The position numbers and the translations under genes were made by a program. DNA of 64,000 bases from an uncultured bacterium (GTDB lineage: Bacteria; Acidobacteriota; Thermoanaerobaculia; Multivoradales; JAHZIX01), in assembly GCA_965368975.1 (NCBI GenBank), contig CBDUPA010000016.1:1-64000 (forward strand). The letters run 5' to 3'. The notes below the pieces were generated by a model. It had not been told where the DNA came from, did not search any database, and saw nothing but the letters and a program-made list of their open reading frames with translations. This document shows, piece by piece, positions 22,156 through 35,155 of this stretch (positions within the stretch are counted from its first letter, which is position 1; each line of letters opens with the position of its first letter).

Positions 22156-22530
22156 ATGCGTCACGCCATTCGAGGCCGCAAGCTCGGCCGTACCAGTTCG
22201 CACCGCATCGCGATGTTCCGCAACCAGCTCGCCTCGCTGGTGGAGCACGAGCGGATCCGGACCACGCTGCCCAAGGCCAAGGAGCTGCGGCGCATCGCCG
22301 AGAAGGTGGTGACCCGCGGCCGTGAGGATACGGTCCACGCGCGCCGGCTGGTGCGCCGCTGGTTGCCCAACCGGAGCTTGGTGAGCAAGGTCTTCGACGA
22401 CATTTCCCCGCGCTTCGCGGATCGCCCGGGCGGTTACACCCGCATTATCAAGCTGGGCCCCCGCGACGGTGACAACGCGGAAATGGCGCTGTTGGAGTTC
22501 GTCGACTACGACGTCACCGCAGTGGATTGA
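22156..22530 (+). CDS. rplQ: 50S ribosomal protein L17
   Basis: MRHAIRGRKLGRTSSHR...TTLPKAKE...RPGGYTRI. Confidence 0.99.
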   Translation: MRHAIRGRKLGRTSSHRIAMFRNQLASLVEHERIRTTLPKAKELRRIAEKVVTRGREDTVHARRLVRRWLPNRSLVSKVFDDISPRFADRPGGYTRIIKLGPRDGDNAEMALLEFVDYDVTAVD

Positions 22531-22564
22531 CGCCCGAGTCTCCCGCGAGGAGATGAAGGTGTAG

Positions 22565-22602
22565 CACGAGAAACGGCGACCTGAGGGTCGCCGTTTTTGT
22601 GT
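22565..22602 (+). terminator. Rho-independent terminator of the ribosomal superoperon (possibly bidirectional)
   Basis: AAACGGCGACC-TGAG-GGTCGCCGTTTTTGT. Confidence 0.85.
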
Positions 22603-22666
22603 ACGGAGGCTCCCCCGCCAGGGCATCCAGAAGGGGAGGACCCGCACACGGATCTAAATACGAGGT

Positions 22667-22759
22667 CTGGGTAGGGGCCAGCACATGTGCCAGCCCTGCG
22701 GCATAGCCGCATCCGGATTTCCTATCCCACACCCAAGGCACCACCCACAGGGGGGCTAC
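22667..22759 (+). repeat. Degenerate GTAG-REP doublet (REPIN/BIME-like)
   Basis: CTGGGTAGGGGCCAGCACATGTGCCAGCCC-TGCGGCATAGCCGCATCCGGAT, then an inverted remnant ending GGGGGGCTAC. Matches the 62650-62717 element. Confidence 0.65.
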
Positions 22760-22777
22760 ATCCGGCTCCCGCCCGGA

Positions 22778-24865
22778 CTAGTGCTCCGCGGCCTTGCGTG
22801 CCTCGGCCTCCGCGATCAGCTTCTCCTGGATCTGCTTCGGCACCTCTTCGTAGTGCGAGTACTCCATGTGGAAGCTAGAGCGACCCTGCGTCAGAGCACG
22901 CAGCGCGCGAGCGTAGTCGAGCATCTCGGACATGGGAGCCGTTGCCTTGATCACCTGATTGTCGCCCTCGACATCCATGCCCTGCGGTCTTCCGCGCCGC
23001 TGGGTGAGGTCGCCCATGATGTCGCCCATGAACTCCTCAGTGGTGCTGATCTCTACCTGCATCATCGGTTCGAGGATGGTCGGCTTGGCGTGCTGCATGG
23101 CTTCCTTGAAGGCCAGGGAGCCCGCGATCTTGAAGGCCATTTCGGACGAGTCGACGTCGTGGTACTGGCCGTCCTTGAGACGGACGCGGAAGTCGACCAC
23201 CGGGTAGCCCGCGAGGTAGCCGCGCATGCGCGCTTCCTGGATGCCCTTCTCAACCGCCGGACGGAAACCCTGCGGGATCGAGCCTCCGAAGATCTCGTCG
23301 AGGAACTCGAACTCCGTGCCGCGTTCCGCCGGCTCCATGATGATGCGGCAGTCGGCAAACTGCCCCCGGCCGCCGCTCTGCTTCTTGTGCCGGCCGTGGC
23401 CGTCGGCGGTCTTCTTGATCGTCTCGCGGTAGGGTACCTTGGGTGGGTGCAGGATCACCTCGACCTTGTAGCGGCTCTTGAGCTTGTCGACCACGATCTC
23501 GATGTGTTGACCGCCGGTGCCCGAGAGTAGGTGCTCGTGGGTTTCCGGGTCGCGACTGGACTGCAGCGTGACGTCCTCTTCCATCAAGCGGGCCACGGCT
23601 TCGTTGATCTTCTCTTCATCGCCCTTGCTCTTGGGTTCGATGGCGAACGAGATCGCTGGCTCGCGGATGAAGATCCAACCCAAGCGTGTCGGGGCATCCT
23701 TGGGGCACAGGGTGTCGCCGGTGTGGGTGTGCTTGAGCTTCGCGATGGCTCCTATGTCGCCGGCCACGAGCTTGGCGACCTGTTCCCCTTGCTTGCCTTG
23801 CAGGATCAGCGTGTGCCCGAGCTTCTCTTGCTGTTCCTGGGTCGCGTTCCAGACGGCGGAGTCCGTGTCGAGACTGCCGCTGACGATCCGGAAGATGGAC
23901 AGCTTGCCAGCAAACGGGTCGTTGAAGGTCTTGAATACGAGCGCGCGTAGCGGGCCGTCCGCCGTCACCTCCAAGTCGACCGTGTCGCCACCGACGTTGG
24001 TCGCCGGGAAGGTGCCGCGGTCGAGCGGTGCGGGAGCCGTGGTGATCAGGCTGTCGAGCAGCGCCGCCATGCCGACGCCGTGCAGCGCAGAGCTGAGCGT
24101 GATCGGGAATACGGTGCGCTGCTGGACCGCCTTGCGCAGGCCCTGCTCGAGTTCCTCCTGGCTCAGTGTTCCTTCTTCGAAGTACTTCTCGAGGAGCTCG
24201 TCATCCGCCTCGGCGACTGCTTCGATCAGCTGCGTGCGCCAGTTGTCGATCGTGTCCGCCAGGTCGCCGGGGACATCAATTTCCTTGCCCTTGCCGTTGC
24301 CGTCCCGGTCGAAGCTGTAGGCCTTGTTGTGCACCAAGTCGACGACGCCGGTGAACGAGCCCTCGCTGCCGATCGGAACCTGCACAGGCAGAGCTGATTT
24401 GCCGAACAGCTTCTGCACGGCGTTGACGGCGGTGTCGAGATCCGCGCGCTCGCGGTCCATCTTGGTCAGATGGAAGAGAACCGGCAGGCCGACTTCGTCG
24501 GTGAACTTCCAGGTACGCTCCGTCATCACTTTGGGACCGGCGACCGCATCAATGCAGACCAGTGCGGCGTCAGCGGCGTGCATGCCGGCGCGCGCTTCAG
24601 TGAAAAAGATGCCGTAGCCGGGGCAGTCGATGAAGTTGATCTTGTGCTTGTTCCAGGGGACGAAGCACGGAGCCAGGCCGATGGAGATTCCGCGTTTGAC
24701 TTCTTCCGTGTCGAAGTCGGTCACCGTATTGCCGTCTTCGATCCTGTTCAGGCGATTGACGGCACCGCCAGCGTAGAGCAAGGAACTGGCCAGGGTTGTC
24801 TTGCCACTGTCGTTGTGGCCCACCAGCGCAACGGTACGGATTCTGTCAGGGGTCTCCACCTGCAT
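22778..24865 (-). CDS. Elongation factor G paralogue (EF-G2-like)
   Basis: Full EF-G domain set with G1 GHNDSGKTT, DCPGY in place of DTPGH, TKMD, KKQSGGRGQF and YHDVDSSEMAF. GGAG RBS. Confidence 0.93.
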   Translation of the reverse strand: MQVETPDRIRTVALVGHNDSGKTTLASSLLYAGGAVNRLNRIEDGNTVTDFDTEEVKRGISIGLAPCFVPWNKHKINFIDCPGYGIFFTEARAGMHAADAALVCIDAVAGPKVMTERTWKFTDEVGLPVLFHLTKMDRERADLDTAVNAVQKLFGKSALPVQVPIGSEGSFTGVVDLVHNKAYSFDRDGNGKGKEIDVPGDLADTIDNWRTQLIEAVAEADDELLEKYFEEGTLSQEELEQGLRKAVQQRTVFPITLSSALHGVGMAALLDSLITTAPAPLDRGTFPATNVGGDTVDLEVTADGPLRALVFKTFNDPFAGKLSIFRIVSGSLDTDSAVWNATQEQQEKLGHTLILQGKQGEQVAKLVAGDIGAIAKLKHTHTGDTLCPKDAPTRLGWIFIREPAISFAIEPKSKGDEEKINEAVARLMEEDVTLQSSRDPETHEHLLSGTGGQHIEIVVDKLKSRYKVEVILHPPKVPYRETIKKTADGHGRHKKQSGGRGQFADCRIIMEPAERGTEFEFLDEIFGGSIPQGFRPAVEKGIQEARMRGYLAGYPVVDFRVRLKDGQYHDVDSSEMAFKIAGSLAFKEAMQHAKPTILEPMMQVEISTTEEFMGDIMGDLTQRRGRPQGMDVEGDNQVIKATAPMSEMLDYARALRALTQGRSSFHMEYSHYEEVPKQIQEKLIAEAEARKAAEH

Positions 24866-24935
24866 ACTTCTGTCTCCTCCTATTGGGATTCGGGCCTGCT
24901 TCTGGTGAGCCTGTGAATCATGGTTGAGAGCCGCA

Positions 24936-24944
24936 ACTATACCA
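24936..24944 (-). promoter_or_regulatory. Possible extended -10 promoter of the EF-G2 gene
   Basis: Minus strand TGgTATAGT about 70 nt upstream of the ATG. Confidence 0.4.
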
Positions 24945-24997
24945 TAGAGGTAGGGTGGTTTCGGAGCTGTGGTAGGCCGCTCAGCGGCGTATTCCGT

Positions 24998-25027
24998 TTG
25001 ACCTCAGTCGTCGCTGCGCCCTAGAAT
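24998..25027 (+). promoter_or_regulatory. Sigma70-type promoter of the kinase gene
   Basis: TTGACC, 18 bp spacer, TAGAAT. This favours ATG 25086 as the start. Confidence 0.5.
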
Positions 25028-25085
25028 GCACCCCGTCCCGAGTGTTGTGAGACCACCCCCCGTTTCGCCCTCGCGGCCTGTATCC

Positions 25086-27344
25086 ATGCCTGCGAAAATC
25101 CCTCGCCAACTGGGGCGCTACGACATCCTGCAAGAGCTCGGAAAAGGAGCTATGGGGGTCGTCTATCTAGCGCAAGACCCGCTGATCGGGCGGCACGTCG
25201 CGCTCAAGACGTTCCGTATCACCTACGGTATGGGCGAGCGCGAACTGGAACAGTTCCGGGCTCGCTTCCTGCGGGAGGCGCAGAGCTGCGGCATCCTCAA
25301 TCATCCGAACATCGTGACGATTCACGACGTGGTGGACCTGAGCCAGGATGAGGACGGCACGCTCTTCATCGCCATGGAGTACGTCCGGGGCCAGGATCTC
25401 AAGAGTGTCCTGCAGGCCGGTGAACCGCTGGAACTTGGCTTCGTGCTCGACGTCATCTGCCAGGTCGCCGATGCGCTCGATTACGCGCACGCCAAGAGTG
25501 TTGTGCACCGCGACGTCAAGCCGGCGAATGTGATTCTGACCGAAGACAAGGTCGCCAAGATCACTGACTTTGGCATCGCCCGTCTCAACACGTCGAATCT
25601 GACGCAGGATGGTCAGCTGCTCGGTACGCCGAACTACATGGCTCCGGAGCAGGTGCAGGGGCACGAGATCGACCACCGGGCGGACATCTTCGCGCTCGGG
25701 GTGATGCTCTACGAGATGCTCACCCATCAGAAGCCCTTTCGTGGCGACAACTTGACGCAGGTAACGCACAAGATCGTGCACACGGAGCCGCCGCCGCTGC
25801 AACCGTTCACCATCGGCAAGCTGCCGGAGGGGATCGATGCGGTGGTGGCGCGGGTTCTGGCCAAGGAGCCGGCGGGTCGGTACCAGCGCGCGAGCGAACT
25901 GGCCGCCGACTTGCGCCAGTTGCGGGAGACGCTACGACAGCAGCAGGATCTCAGCGAGACCCAAGACATCTCCCAGGTTCTACAACTCGGCCAGCCCGGT
26001 ACGTCTCCTGGAAGGACTCCCTCTGGGCAGTTGGTTGTCGAGCACCTGGCTGCCGCCGATCCGTCGGCGCTGGCGCCGCGAACCGATGCGTCCGCCTCAC
26101 AGGATCTGTCGGCGTCGCTGCCACCACCACCACCGGAGGTCACGGGTACCGGCTTCGCCGGCAGCCAGGAGCCGTCTCAGACCGTCACCGCCGTCACCAC
26201 GGAGACCTTCCACGCGCCGGCCACCAAGCCGGCGGTGCAGGCGGCGCCCGTACCCCAAGAGACGACACCACCCCAAGAGACGACACCTCCCACGGTCGAT
26301 CCAGGGGAGGCCTCGGGAACGCTCTTTGATCGCGTTGTGCCGCGCGAACAGCAACGCCCGCTCAAGCGGCGGGTGTTGGTCTACGCGCTTGTTGCAGCGG
26401 CGTTCATCGTGCTCGGGCTCTTCGTCCTCATTCCGCGTCTCACCCAACCCAGCGCGGCGCCGGATGCACAGCAATGGAGTGACGAGCGCATGGACTGGGA
26501 GCGCCGGTTCGCGGCGGAAATGCAACGCGGTCGCCGGCTGATGGAGGGAGACGAGCCTGCACCGGCACTGGCCGTGCTGCGCGAGGTACGCCAGCTGGTC
26601 GAGACGCGACAAGCGGCGGTGCTCGAAGACCACGAGCGGTTGCAGACTGGGGGCAGTGCCGAGGCGGCTGCCGAGAGGCTGGAGGAGTTCGGCAGCCTCG
26701 ACGAACGTGTGCAGATGACGCGCGAGCTGATGGCGCAGGCCGAGTGGCGCCTGGAAGAGCTACACGTGGATGACTTGCGCCAAGCGGTCCTGACCGAGCA
26801 GCTGGAGGCCGCCCGTCAGGCTCTGGACGGACGCCGGTACGGCGAGGCGCTGAGCGCGGCCGAGCAGGTCCTGGAGCTGGAGCCGGGGCAGGAAGAGGCG
26901 CTGGCGATTCTCGCCGACGTCGAGCCGCGCTTGCGGCGCCAGCGGCGTCCGGTACGCACGGCCCCGCCGCCACCGCGCGTCGCCGAAGTACGGCCCGCAG
27001 CGCCACCGCCGGTACGCCGGCCGCTGCCGCCACCACCGACTGGCCCCGCGACCTTGGTGGTGGATTTCGAAGCCGAGGTGCGCAGCGGCAATGTGCGTGT
27101 GTACCTGGATACCCGCTTGCTGGTCAGCGAGACCTTCCGTGTCGGGCGTCGTGATCCCGCGTTCCGTCTGAGTCGCAGCTTCGAGATTCCCGCCGGCACC
27201 GAGGGCGAGCTGAAGGTCTATGTGACGGCCAGCGGTGCGGCCGCCAAGCTGCACCAGCTGGAGGCCAACTTCCTTGCCGGCAGTCAGCGACGACTGGTCA
27301 TTCGCGTCGACAAAGACGGCAACTTCCAGCCACGGCTGCGCTAG
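25086..27344 (+). CDS. Hanks-type Ser/Thr protein kinase with TM helix and extracytoplasmic helical (TPR-like) plus C-terminal beta domain
   Basis: LGKGAMGVVY, VALK, HRDVKPAN, DFG, GTPNYMAPE, DIFALG; Pro/Thr-rich linker; TM VLVYALVAAAFIVLGLFVLI. Confidence 0.95.
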   Translation: MPAKIPRQLGRYDILQELGKGAMGVVYLAQDPLIGRHVALKTFRITYGMGERELEQFRARFLREAQSCGILNHPNIVTIHDVVDLSQDEDGTLFIAMEYVRGQDLKSVLQAGEPLELGFVLDVICQVADALDYAHAKSVVHRDVKPANVILTEDKVAKITDFGIARLNTSNLTQDGQLLGTPNYMAPEQVQGHEIDHRADIFALGVMLYEMLTHQKPFRGDNLTQVTHKIVHTEPPPLQPFTIGKLPEGIDAVVARVLAKEPAGRYQRASELAADLRQLRETLRQQQDLSETQDISQVLQLGQPGTSPGRTPSGQLVVEHLAAADPSALAPRTDASASQDLSASLPPPPPEVTGTGFAGSQEPSQTVTAVTTETFHAPATKPAVQAAPVPQETTPPQETTPPTVDPGEASGTLFDRVVPREQQRPLKRRVLVYALVAAAFIVLGLFVLIPRLTQPSAAPDAQQWSDERMDWERRFAAEMQRGRRLMEGDEPAPALAVLREVRQLVETRQAAVLEDHERLQTGGSAEAAAERLEEFGSLDERVQMTRELMAQAEWRLEELHVDDLRQAVLTEQLEAARQALDGRRYGEALSAAEQVLELEPGQEEALAILADVEPRLRRQRRPVRTAPPPPRVAEVRPAAPPPVRRPLPPPPTGPATLVVDFEAEVRSGNVRVYLDTRLLVSETFRVGRRDPAFRLSRSFEIPAGTEGELKVYVTASGAAAKLHQLEANFLAGSQRRLVIRVDKDGNFQPRLR

Positions 27345-28702
27345 ACCTCGATCACCTCGACGTCTCCGAACTCCTGCAGCTGCGGTACCAGTTCGTCCGC
27401 GGGCCCGGCGGCGACGATGGCCAGGTGATCGGGCTGTAGCCAGGTCTGCGCCAGGCGCTGCACGTCGTCCAGGGTGGTGGTGTCGAGGGCGGCCAGGTAG
27501 GTCTCGAAGTAGTCGCTCGGCAGCTCGAAGTTGGTCAGCAGGGCGAGGCGCGCGACAAGGTCGTTCTGGGTCTGGGTCTGGCGCACGAACGAGCCGCGCA
27601 GGTAGTTGCGGGCGTTGTCCAGCTCGGCCGGTGTAGCCGGTTCGTTCTGGAGACGGCGAAGCTCTCCGAGCACCTCGGATACCGCGTGGCCGACGGCTGA
27701 CGTCTGGATTGCGCTGGTCATGCGGAACGGTCCTGGACCGCTCCGGCCGGTGATGTAGGTGTAGGCGTTGTAGGTGTAGCCGTGGCGTTCGCGCAGGTTC
27801 AGGTTGATGCGACTGCTGAACTTGCCGCCCAGGATGCTGTTCATCACCTGCAGCTGCGGGAATTGCGGGTGCGTACGTTCGACCATCGCGTGGCCGAGGC
27901 GCACGTCGGTCTGTGAGCCCGGGCGGTCGATGATGACGACGCGGGTCGCGGCCAGAGGCTCGGGGTGCAGGATGTCGACGGGAAGGTGTAGCGCCTGGGT
28001 CGCTGGCGTCAGAGCCAGGCGCTCGACCAGGTTGGCCTCCAGCGCGTCGGCGTCGATGTCACCGATCGCGATGACGTTGCAGCCAATGCCGCGGTATTGC
28101 CGTTGGTAGAAGTCCAGCACGTCCTGGTGCCGCAGGCGCTCGGCGCATTCCGCGTCGCCTTGCAGCATTGAGCCATACGGGCTGGAGCCGTAGACGCTCT
28201 TGTAGAAGTACCGTTCTGCCAAGCTGCCGGCATCCTTGCGTTCCTGCTGCAAGGATGCCTTGCGGCGGCCGAGGGCACGCTCGAAGTCGGCTTGTGGGAA
28301 GGTTGGTTCGGTGATCAACTCGGTCAGCAACTCGACGGCGTAGTCGAAGTGCTGGCGCAGCAAGGAAGTTGCCACGTAGGCGAAGGTCCAGCCAGCGCTG
28401 GTCACCACCGTCGAGCCTCGTTGGCCGATCTCGTGAGCGATCTCGGCACCGCTGCGCCGCGCTGTACCCTCGTCGAGCAGGCCGCCGGTGAGCGACGCCA
28501 GGCCGCGCAGCTCGGGGGGGTCGAATTGCGCTCCGGCGGGCAGGAAGATCTCCAGCTGCACTAGCGGGCCCGACGTCCAGGGGGCCACCAGCAGCTCGCC
28601 ACCGCCTGGCAAGGGCCGGCGCTCGAAGGGGGGGAAATGGAAAGCGTGAGCCGGTCCGGCGATCGGTGGCTGGCTACGGTCCAGGCTAGGCGTGGGGCTC
28701 AT
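27341..28702 (-). CDS. M16B peptidase, non-catalytic subunit
   Basis: GLASLTGGLLDEGT and ILGGKFSSRINLNLRERHGYTY; no HXXEH. Coupled to the catalytic partner. Confidence 0.9.
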   Translation of the reverse strand: MSPTPSLDRSQPPIAGPAHAFHFPPFERRPLPGGGELLVAPWTSGPLVQLEIFLPAGAQFDPPELRGLASLTGGLLDEGTARRSGAEIAHEIGQRGSTVVTSAGWTFAYVATSLLRQHFDYAVELLTELITEPTFPQADFERALGRRKASLQQERKDAGSLAERYFYKSVYGSSPYGSMLQGDAECAERLRHQDVLDFYQRQYRGIGCNVIAIGDIDADALEANLVERLALTPATQALHLPVDILHPEPLAATRVVIIDRPGSQTDVRLGHAMVERTHPQFPQLQVMNSILGGKFSSRINLNLRERHGYTYNAYTYITGRSGPGPFRMTSAIQTSAVGHAVSEVLGELRRLQNEPATPAELDNARNYLRGSFVRQTQTQNDLVARLALLTNFELPSDYFETYLAALDTTTLDDVQRLAQTWLQPDHLAIVAAGPADELVPQLQEFGDVEVIEV

Positions 28703-29991
28703 GATCCATCTCCCTGGCGAGCGGGTATGCAGCGCAAGGTGAAGCGCTGGTCGGGGCGCCAGAATTCGGCGGCGTAGGCAGAGAGTTCTTCTGGCTGCAA
28801 GTCGAGGTAGACGTCGGTCTCGCGGCGGATGCGTTCCGGATCGCCAAAGTAGGTTGCCAGCTCTGACAGGATCTCGGCGCGCTGTTCGATCGGCTCGACG
28901 GAGCGAAACCAGTCGGTGAGCACACGGTTGCGCGCGCGCTCTAGGTGTTCGGGCGCGGGCGGCTCGGCCATCGCGCGCTCGACGTGCTCGAGTAGCGCCG
29001 CCTCCAACTCGTCGGCAGAGACTCCCGGCCGCGCCGTGGCATAGACGATGGTGGTACCGGAGAGTTCGAAAGGCAGGACGTAGGCGCTGGCGTGCTGGGC
29101 CAGCTCGCGTTCGTGAACCAGATCCCGGTAGAGTGGGCTGGCCTTGCCGGCGGCCAGTGCGGTGGTCAGCAACTCGGCGGCGTACCAGCTGCGTTCACCG
29201 TAAGGCGCGCCCCGGAAGGTGATGTAGACGCGGGGTACCTCGACATCGTCTTCGAGATCTTCCCGGTGCACTTCGAGCGCCGGCAGCTGTCCAGGGCACG
29301 GTCGCGCGGGTGCGGCGGCGGGCGGCAGTTCGCCGAAGTAGCGTTCCACGGCCTCGAGCGCGGCGGCTGGCTCGAACTCACCGCACAAGGTCAGCACGGC
29401 GTTGTTGGGGGCGTAGAAGGTGCGGAAGAAGTCACTGACATCTTCCAACGCCGCGGCCTCGAGGTCCGGGATGTAGCCGATCACCGGTGAGTGGTACGGA
29501 TGATCACCCGGGTACAGGCGCTCGTGGATGCGCTCGAAGCAGCGCCCGTAGGGCCGGTTGTCGATGCGCTGGCGTCGCTCGTTGATCACTACGCTGCGCT
29601 GCGTATCGAGCTTTTCCTGCGTCATTGCCGGCAGCAGGTAGCCCATGCGGTCGGACTCCAGCCACAGTGCGATATCGAGCTGGTGCGCCGGCATGGACTG
29701 GTGGTAGTTGGTGCGGTCGAACCAGGTCGAGCCGTTGGCGCTGCCGCCGGCCTGCTGAATGTACTGGAAGTGATCGTTGGTGCCGACGTGCTGGCTGCCC
29801 TGGAACAACATGTGCTCGAAGAGGTGGGCGAAGCCAGTGCGTCCGGGGCGCTCGTTCTTCGAGCCGACGTGGTACCAGAGGCTGGTTGCGACCAGGGGTA
29901 GGCGGGGGTCCGGCTGCAGGATGACGCGCAGGCCGTTGTCGAGTTGGTATTGCTGAACCGGGAGGGTAAAGGAAGGTTGATCTAAAGACAT
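28699..29991 (-). CDS. M16B zinc peptidase, catalytic subunit
   Basis: LDNGLRV, YHVGSKNE, GFAHLFEHMLFQGS (HXXEH), NGSTWFDRTNY. Confidence 0.95.
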   Translation of the reverse strand: MSLDQPSFTLPVQQYQLDNGLRVILQPDPRLPLVATSLWYHVGSKNERPGRTGFAHLFEHMLFQGSQHVGTNDHFQYIQQAGGSANGSTWFDRTNYHQSMPAHQLDIALWLESDRMGYLLPAMTQEKLDTQRSVVINERRQRIDNRPYGRCFERIHERLYPGDHPYHSPVIGYIPDLEAAALEDVSDFFRTFYAPNNAVLTLCGEFEPAAALEAVERYFGELPPAAAPARPCPGQLPALEVHREDLEDDVEVPRVYITFRGAPYGERSWYAAELLTTALAAGKASPLYRDLVHERELAQHASAYVLPFELSGTTIVYATARPGVSADELEAALLEHVERAMAEPPAPEHLERARNRVLTDWFRSVEPIEQRAEILSELATYFGDPERIRRETDVYLDLQPEELSAYAAEFWRPDQRFTLRCIPARQGDGS

Positions 29992-30013
29992 GCGACAGAG
30001 TTTATCGGATTCG

Positions 30014-30050
30014 GATCTGTGTAGGGATATCCCCCATGTGAGGGGATGGG
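30014..30050 (+). repeat. Degenerate GTAG-REP
   Basis: GATCTGTGTAGGGATATCCCCCATGTGAGGGGAT; same GATCTG-GTAGGG head and CATGTG centre as other copies. Confidence 0.5.
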
Positions 30051-30063
30051 GTTCTAGATCTCC

Positions 30064-30795
30064 TCAACGAAACCAAGCCCGCCGTGCTGCGCCGACGACG
30101 AACACAATCGCCACGCCGCCCCACAGCAGGGCCCACAGAATCGCCGGCAGGCCGGTCAGCTGCGCCATCGCTTGCGCGTCGTTCTGGGAATTTGGAGTCA
30201 GGCTCGCCAGGCCGACCAGCACCCACAGGTCCGAGAAGGCGTCGAGCACGGCCTGGAAGGCCACTAGGTGCACCAGGAAGGCGATCCACGGTGCGTCGGC
30301 GCGCAGGGCCACCCACAGGAAGAGGGCGCCGAAGGTGAGGCTGCTGAGCAGCGTCAAGAGCCCGGAGCCGCCATCGGTGAAGACGCTGGGCAGGCCGTAG
30401 CGCAGGCCGGCGACCAGGAACACGCCGCCCAGCACACCGAGCGCCGTGCGCCCGGCGCGCGCGCTACCACCGAGCAGGATCAGGCCGGCGGCAAAGGCCG
30501 CGGCACCGAGATAGCCGGCAGCGATCACCACGAAGCGCCAGCCGCCGGCGGTGTAGGCGACGCCGGAGCCGTCCGGTGACACGACGAAGCGCAGGAAGCG
30601 GCCGCCGGTAGCGAGGGCCGACAGACCGTGTCCCAGCTCGTGCACCAGGGTGACCAGCAAGCGGAAGGGGTAGTCGAGCCAGGCCAGCGGCCACCACCAG
30701 GAGAGCAAAGCCGCGCTGACGGCCGCCACGGCGATCAGGCGCCGGGCGTCACGGCGGGAGAGGCGGTCGGACGGACTGCGAGGTCGGGCGGACAT
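30064..30795 (-). CDS. M50B-like membrane metallopeptidase
   Basis: TLVHELGHGL (HEXXH), AAGYLG, NDAQAMA, several TM helices. Confidence 0.88.
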   Translation of the reverse strand: MSARPRSPSDRLSRRDARRLIAVAAVSAALLSWWWPLAWLDYPFRLLVTLVHELGHGLSALATGGRFLRFVVSPDGSGVAYTAGGWRFVVIAAGYLGAAAFAAGLILLGGSARAGRTALGVLGGVFLVAGLRYGLPSVFTDGGSGLLTLLSSLTFGALFLWVALRADAPWIAFLVHLVAFQAVLDAFSDLWVLVGLASLTPNSQNDAQAMAQLTGLPAILWALLWGGVAIVFVVGAARRAWFR

Positions 30796-30925
30796 GTAGC
30801 TGGCGGACGCAGAGTTGGCATGGAACAAAACCGATGCCGGCGTCGTAGTGTTCAGTATAAGGGCGGTCGCGGGGAGCGACACGAACCGGATCGCCGAGCC
30901 GAACTACTTACGAAAGGAACTCGTC

Positions 30926-31108
30926 ATGGCTCTTGTACGCTCGCGTAAGAATGCGATTCTCGGTGGTGTCTGCGGAGGTATCGCGGAGTGGCTGGGTTGG
31001 GACGTCACCCTGGTGCGCGTCCTCTACGTGGTGTTCTCGATCCTCTCCGCCGCTTTCCCGGGGACGATCATGTACTTTGTGCTCTGGGCCCTGATGCCCA
31101 AGGCCTAA
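30926..31108 (+). CDS. PspC-domain protein
   Basis: AAGGA RBS. Reads LVRSRKNAILGGVCGGIAEWLGWDVTLVRVL...YFVLWALMP. Confidence 0.92.
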   Translation: MALVRSRKNAILGGVCGGIAEWLGWDVTLVRVLYVVFSILSAAFPGTIMYFVLWALMPKA

Positions 31109-31157
31109 CTCGAAAGACCTGACTTGAGAGACCCTTCATGACCAGAGAGTTGGGTGC

Positions 31158-32036
31158 TCAGCTCGCTGACTCTCCGGGAGTTCCTTCGTCCAGGTCGCGC
31201 CAGATCACCTCGTCGTCGTCGAACGGTGGCAAGTTGGGTTCGATACCACGGGCTTCGTTGACCCGCCAGCCCCACAGGATGGCCCACTTGAGGTAGGTGC
31301 CGTAAGCCTGCAGCATGCAGAACACCAGGCCGTACATGCCGTCGAGGAAGCCGCCCTGGACGATGTAGGTGCGCACAAAGCGCCATGCCGAGCGGCCCCA
31401 GACTTCGAGAACGCCGGACTTCTTGCCTTCCTTCCAGCCTTGCGCCGCGCCCCAGATGCTGTACTTCTGGATGCGTGGGAAGTATTCGTCGAAGGAGTCG
31501 GCCATGTAGTGCAGCATCGGCTTCTTCAGCACGGCCGCCGGGGTCAGGGTCTTCATGTCGGCGTGCACGCGGCGGTTCGGGTAGCGCCCGGTGCCCTTGC
31601 GTAGCAGGCGCACGACGCGGTCGTGCTGCCAGCCGGAGAAGCGGATCAGGTGGTCCATGAAGTAGACGCGGCGCTTGATGGTATACGCGTCGTGCTGCGG
31701 ACCCTCGGCCAGCACCGTCTCCATCTCGGCCTGCAGCTCGGGCGTGCAGCGCTCGTCCGCGTCGAAGATCAGGATCCAATCGTGACTGACCTGGTCCATG
31801 GCCCAATTCTTTTGCGACGCCGAGCCGAAATAGGTGCGTTGTAAGAAGCGCACACCCTCGTAGCTCTGGACGATCTCCGGTGTCTTGTCGGTGGAGAAGG
31901 AGTCCACCACCAGGATCTCGTCGCACCAGAGTAGGGAGTCCAGGCAGGCGGCGATGTGCCGCTCCTCGTTGAACGTCGTGACGATCGCGGAGACCGCCGG
32001 ACGGTCGCGGCGTGTTGGCTGTACTCCACTGCCCAT
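31158..32036 (-). CDS. Family 2 glycosyltransferase (WaaE/KdtX-like)
   Basis: IVTTFNEERHI, VVDSFSTDKT, QKNWA, IFDADE, GGFLDG. Start uncertain. Confidence 0.9.
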   Translation of the reverse strand: MGSGVQPTRRDRPAVSAIVTTFNEERHIAACLDSLLWCDEILVVDSFSTDKTPEIVQSYEGVRFLQRTYFGSASQKNWAMDQVSHDWILIFDADERCTPELQAEMETVLAEGPQHDAYTIKRRVYFMDHLIRFSGWQHDRVVRLLRKGTGRYPNRRVHADMKTLTPAAVLKKPMLHYMADSFDEYFPRIQKYSIWGAAQGWKEGKKSGVLEVWGRSAWRFVRTYIVQGGFLDGMYGLVFCMLQAYGTYLKWAILWGWRVNEARGIEPNLPPFDDDEVIWRDLDEGTPGESAS

Positions 32037-32327
32037 GGAATCGTTGGCTCCCTTTGGCTCGGTGGTACGGGTGGAATCGGTGCTTGTCGGTGTCGTCGGC
32101 TTCAAGATTGGGTCCCCTCCGTTCAGCGCCCATGGTAGCACCTCCGGCGCTGCTGCCGGAGGGGCACTGCACCATGTCGAGCCGCCACGGTGGGCGCGAC
32201 CCAGGGGAAGGATTTGTGGTAGAGAATAGGCATCATGAAAGCGCAGCTGTTCCCCGATATCTTTGCCCTAGGCGCGGCAGCCGTGCCCCCGTCCAAGAGG
32301 TGATGCAGATGCGAGCCACGGAGGTGA

Positions 32328-35152
<2,825 letters not shown>

Positions 35153-35155
35153 GCT

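Noticed and set aside
27341-29991. M16B pair as the leader protease for the RiPP peptides
   Set aside because: It lies 27 kb away among housekeeping genes. M16B pairs are widespread, and GG leaders are normally cut by C39 domains.
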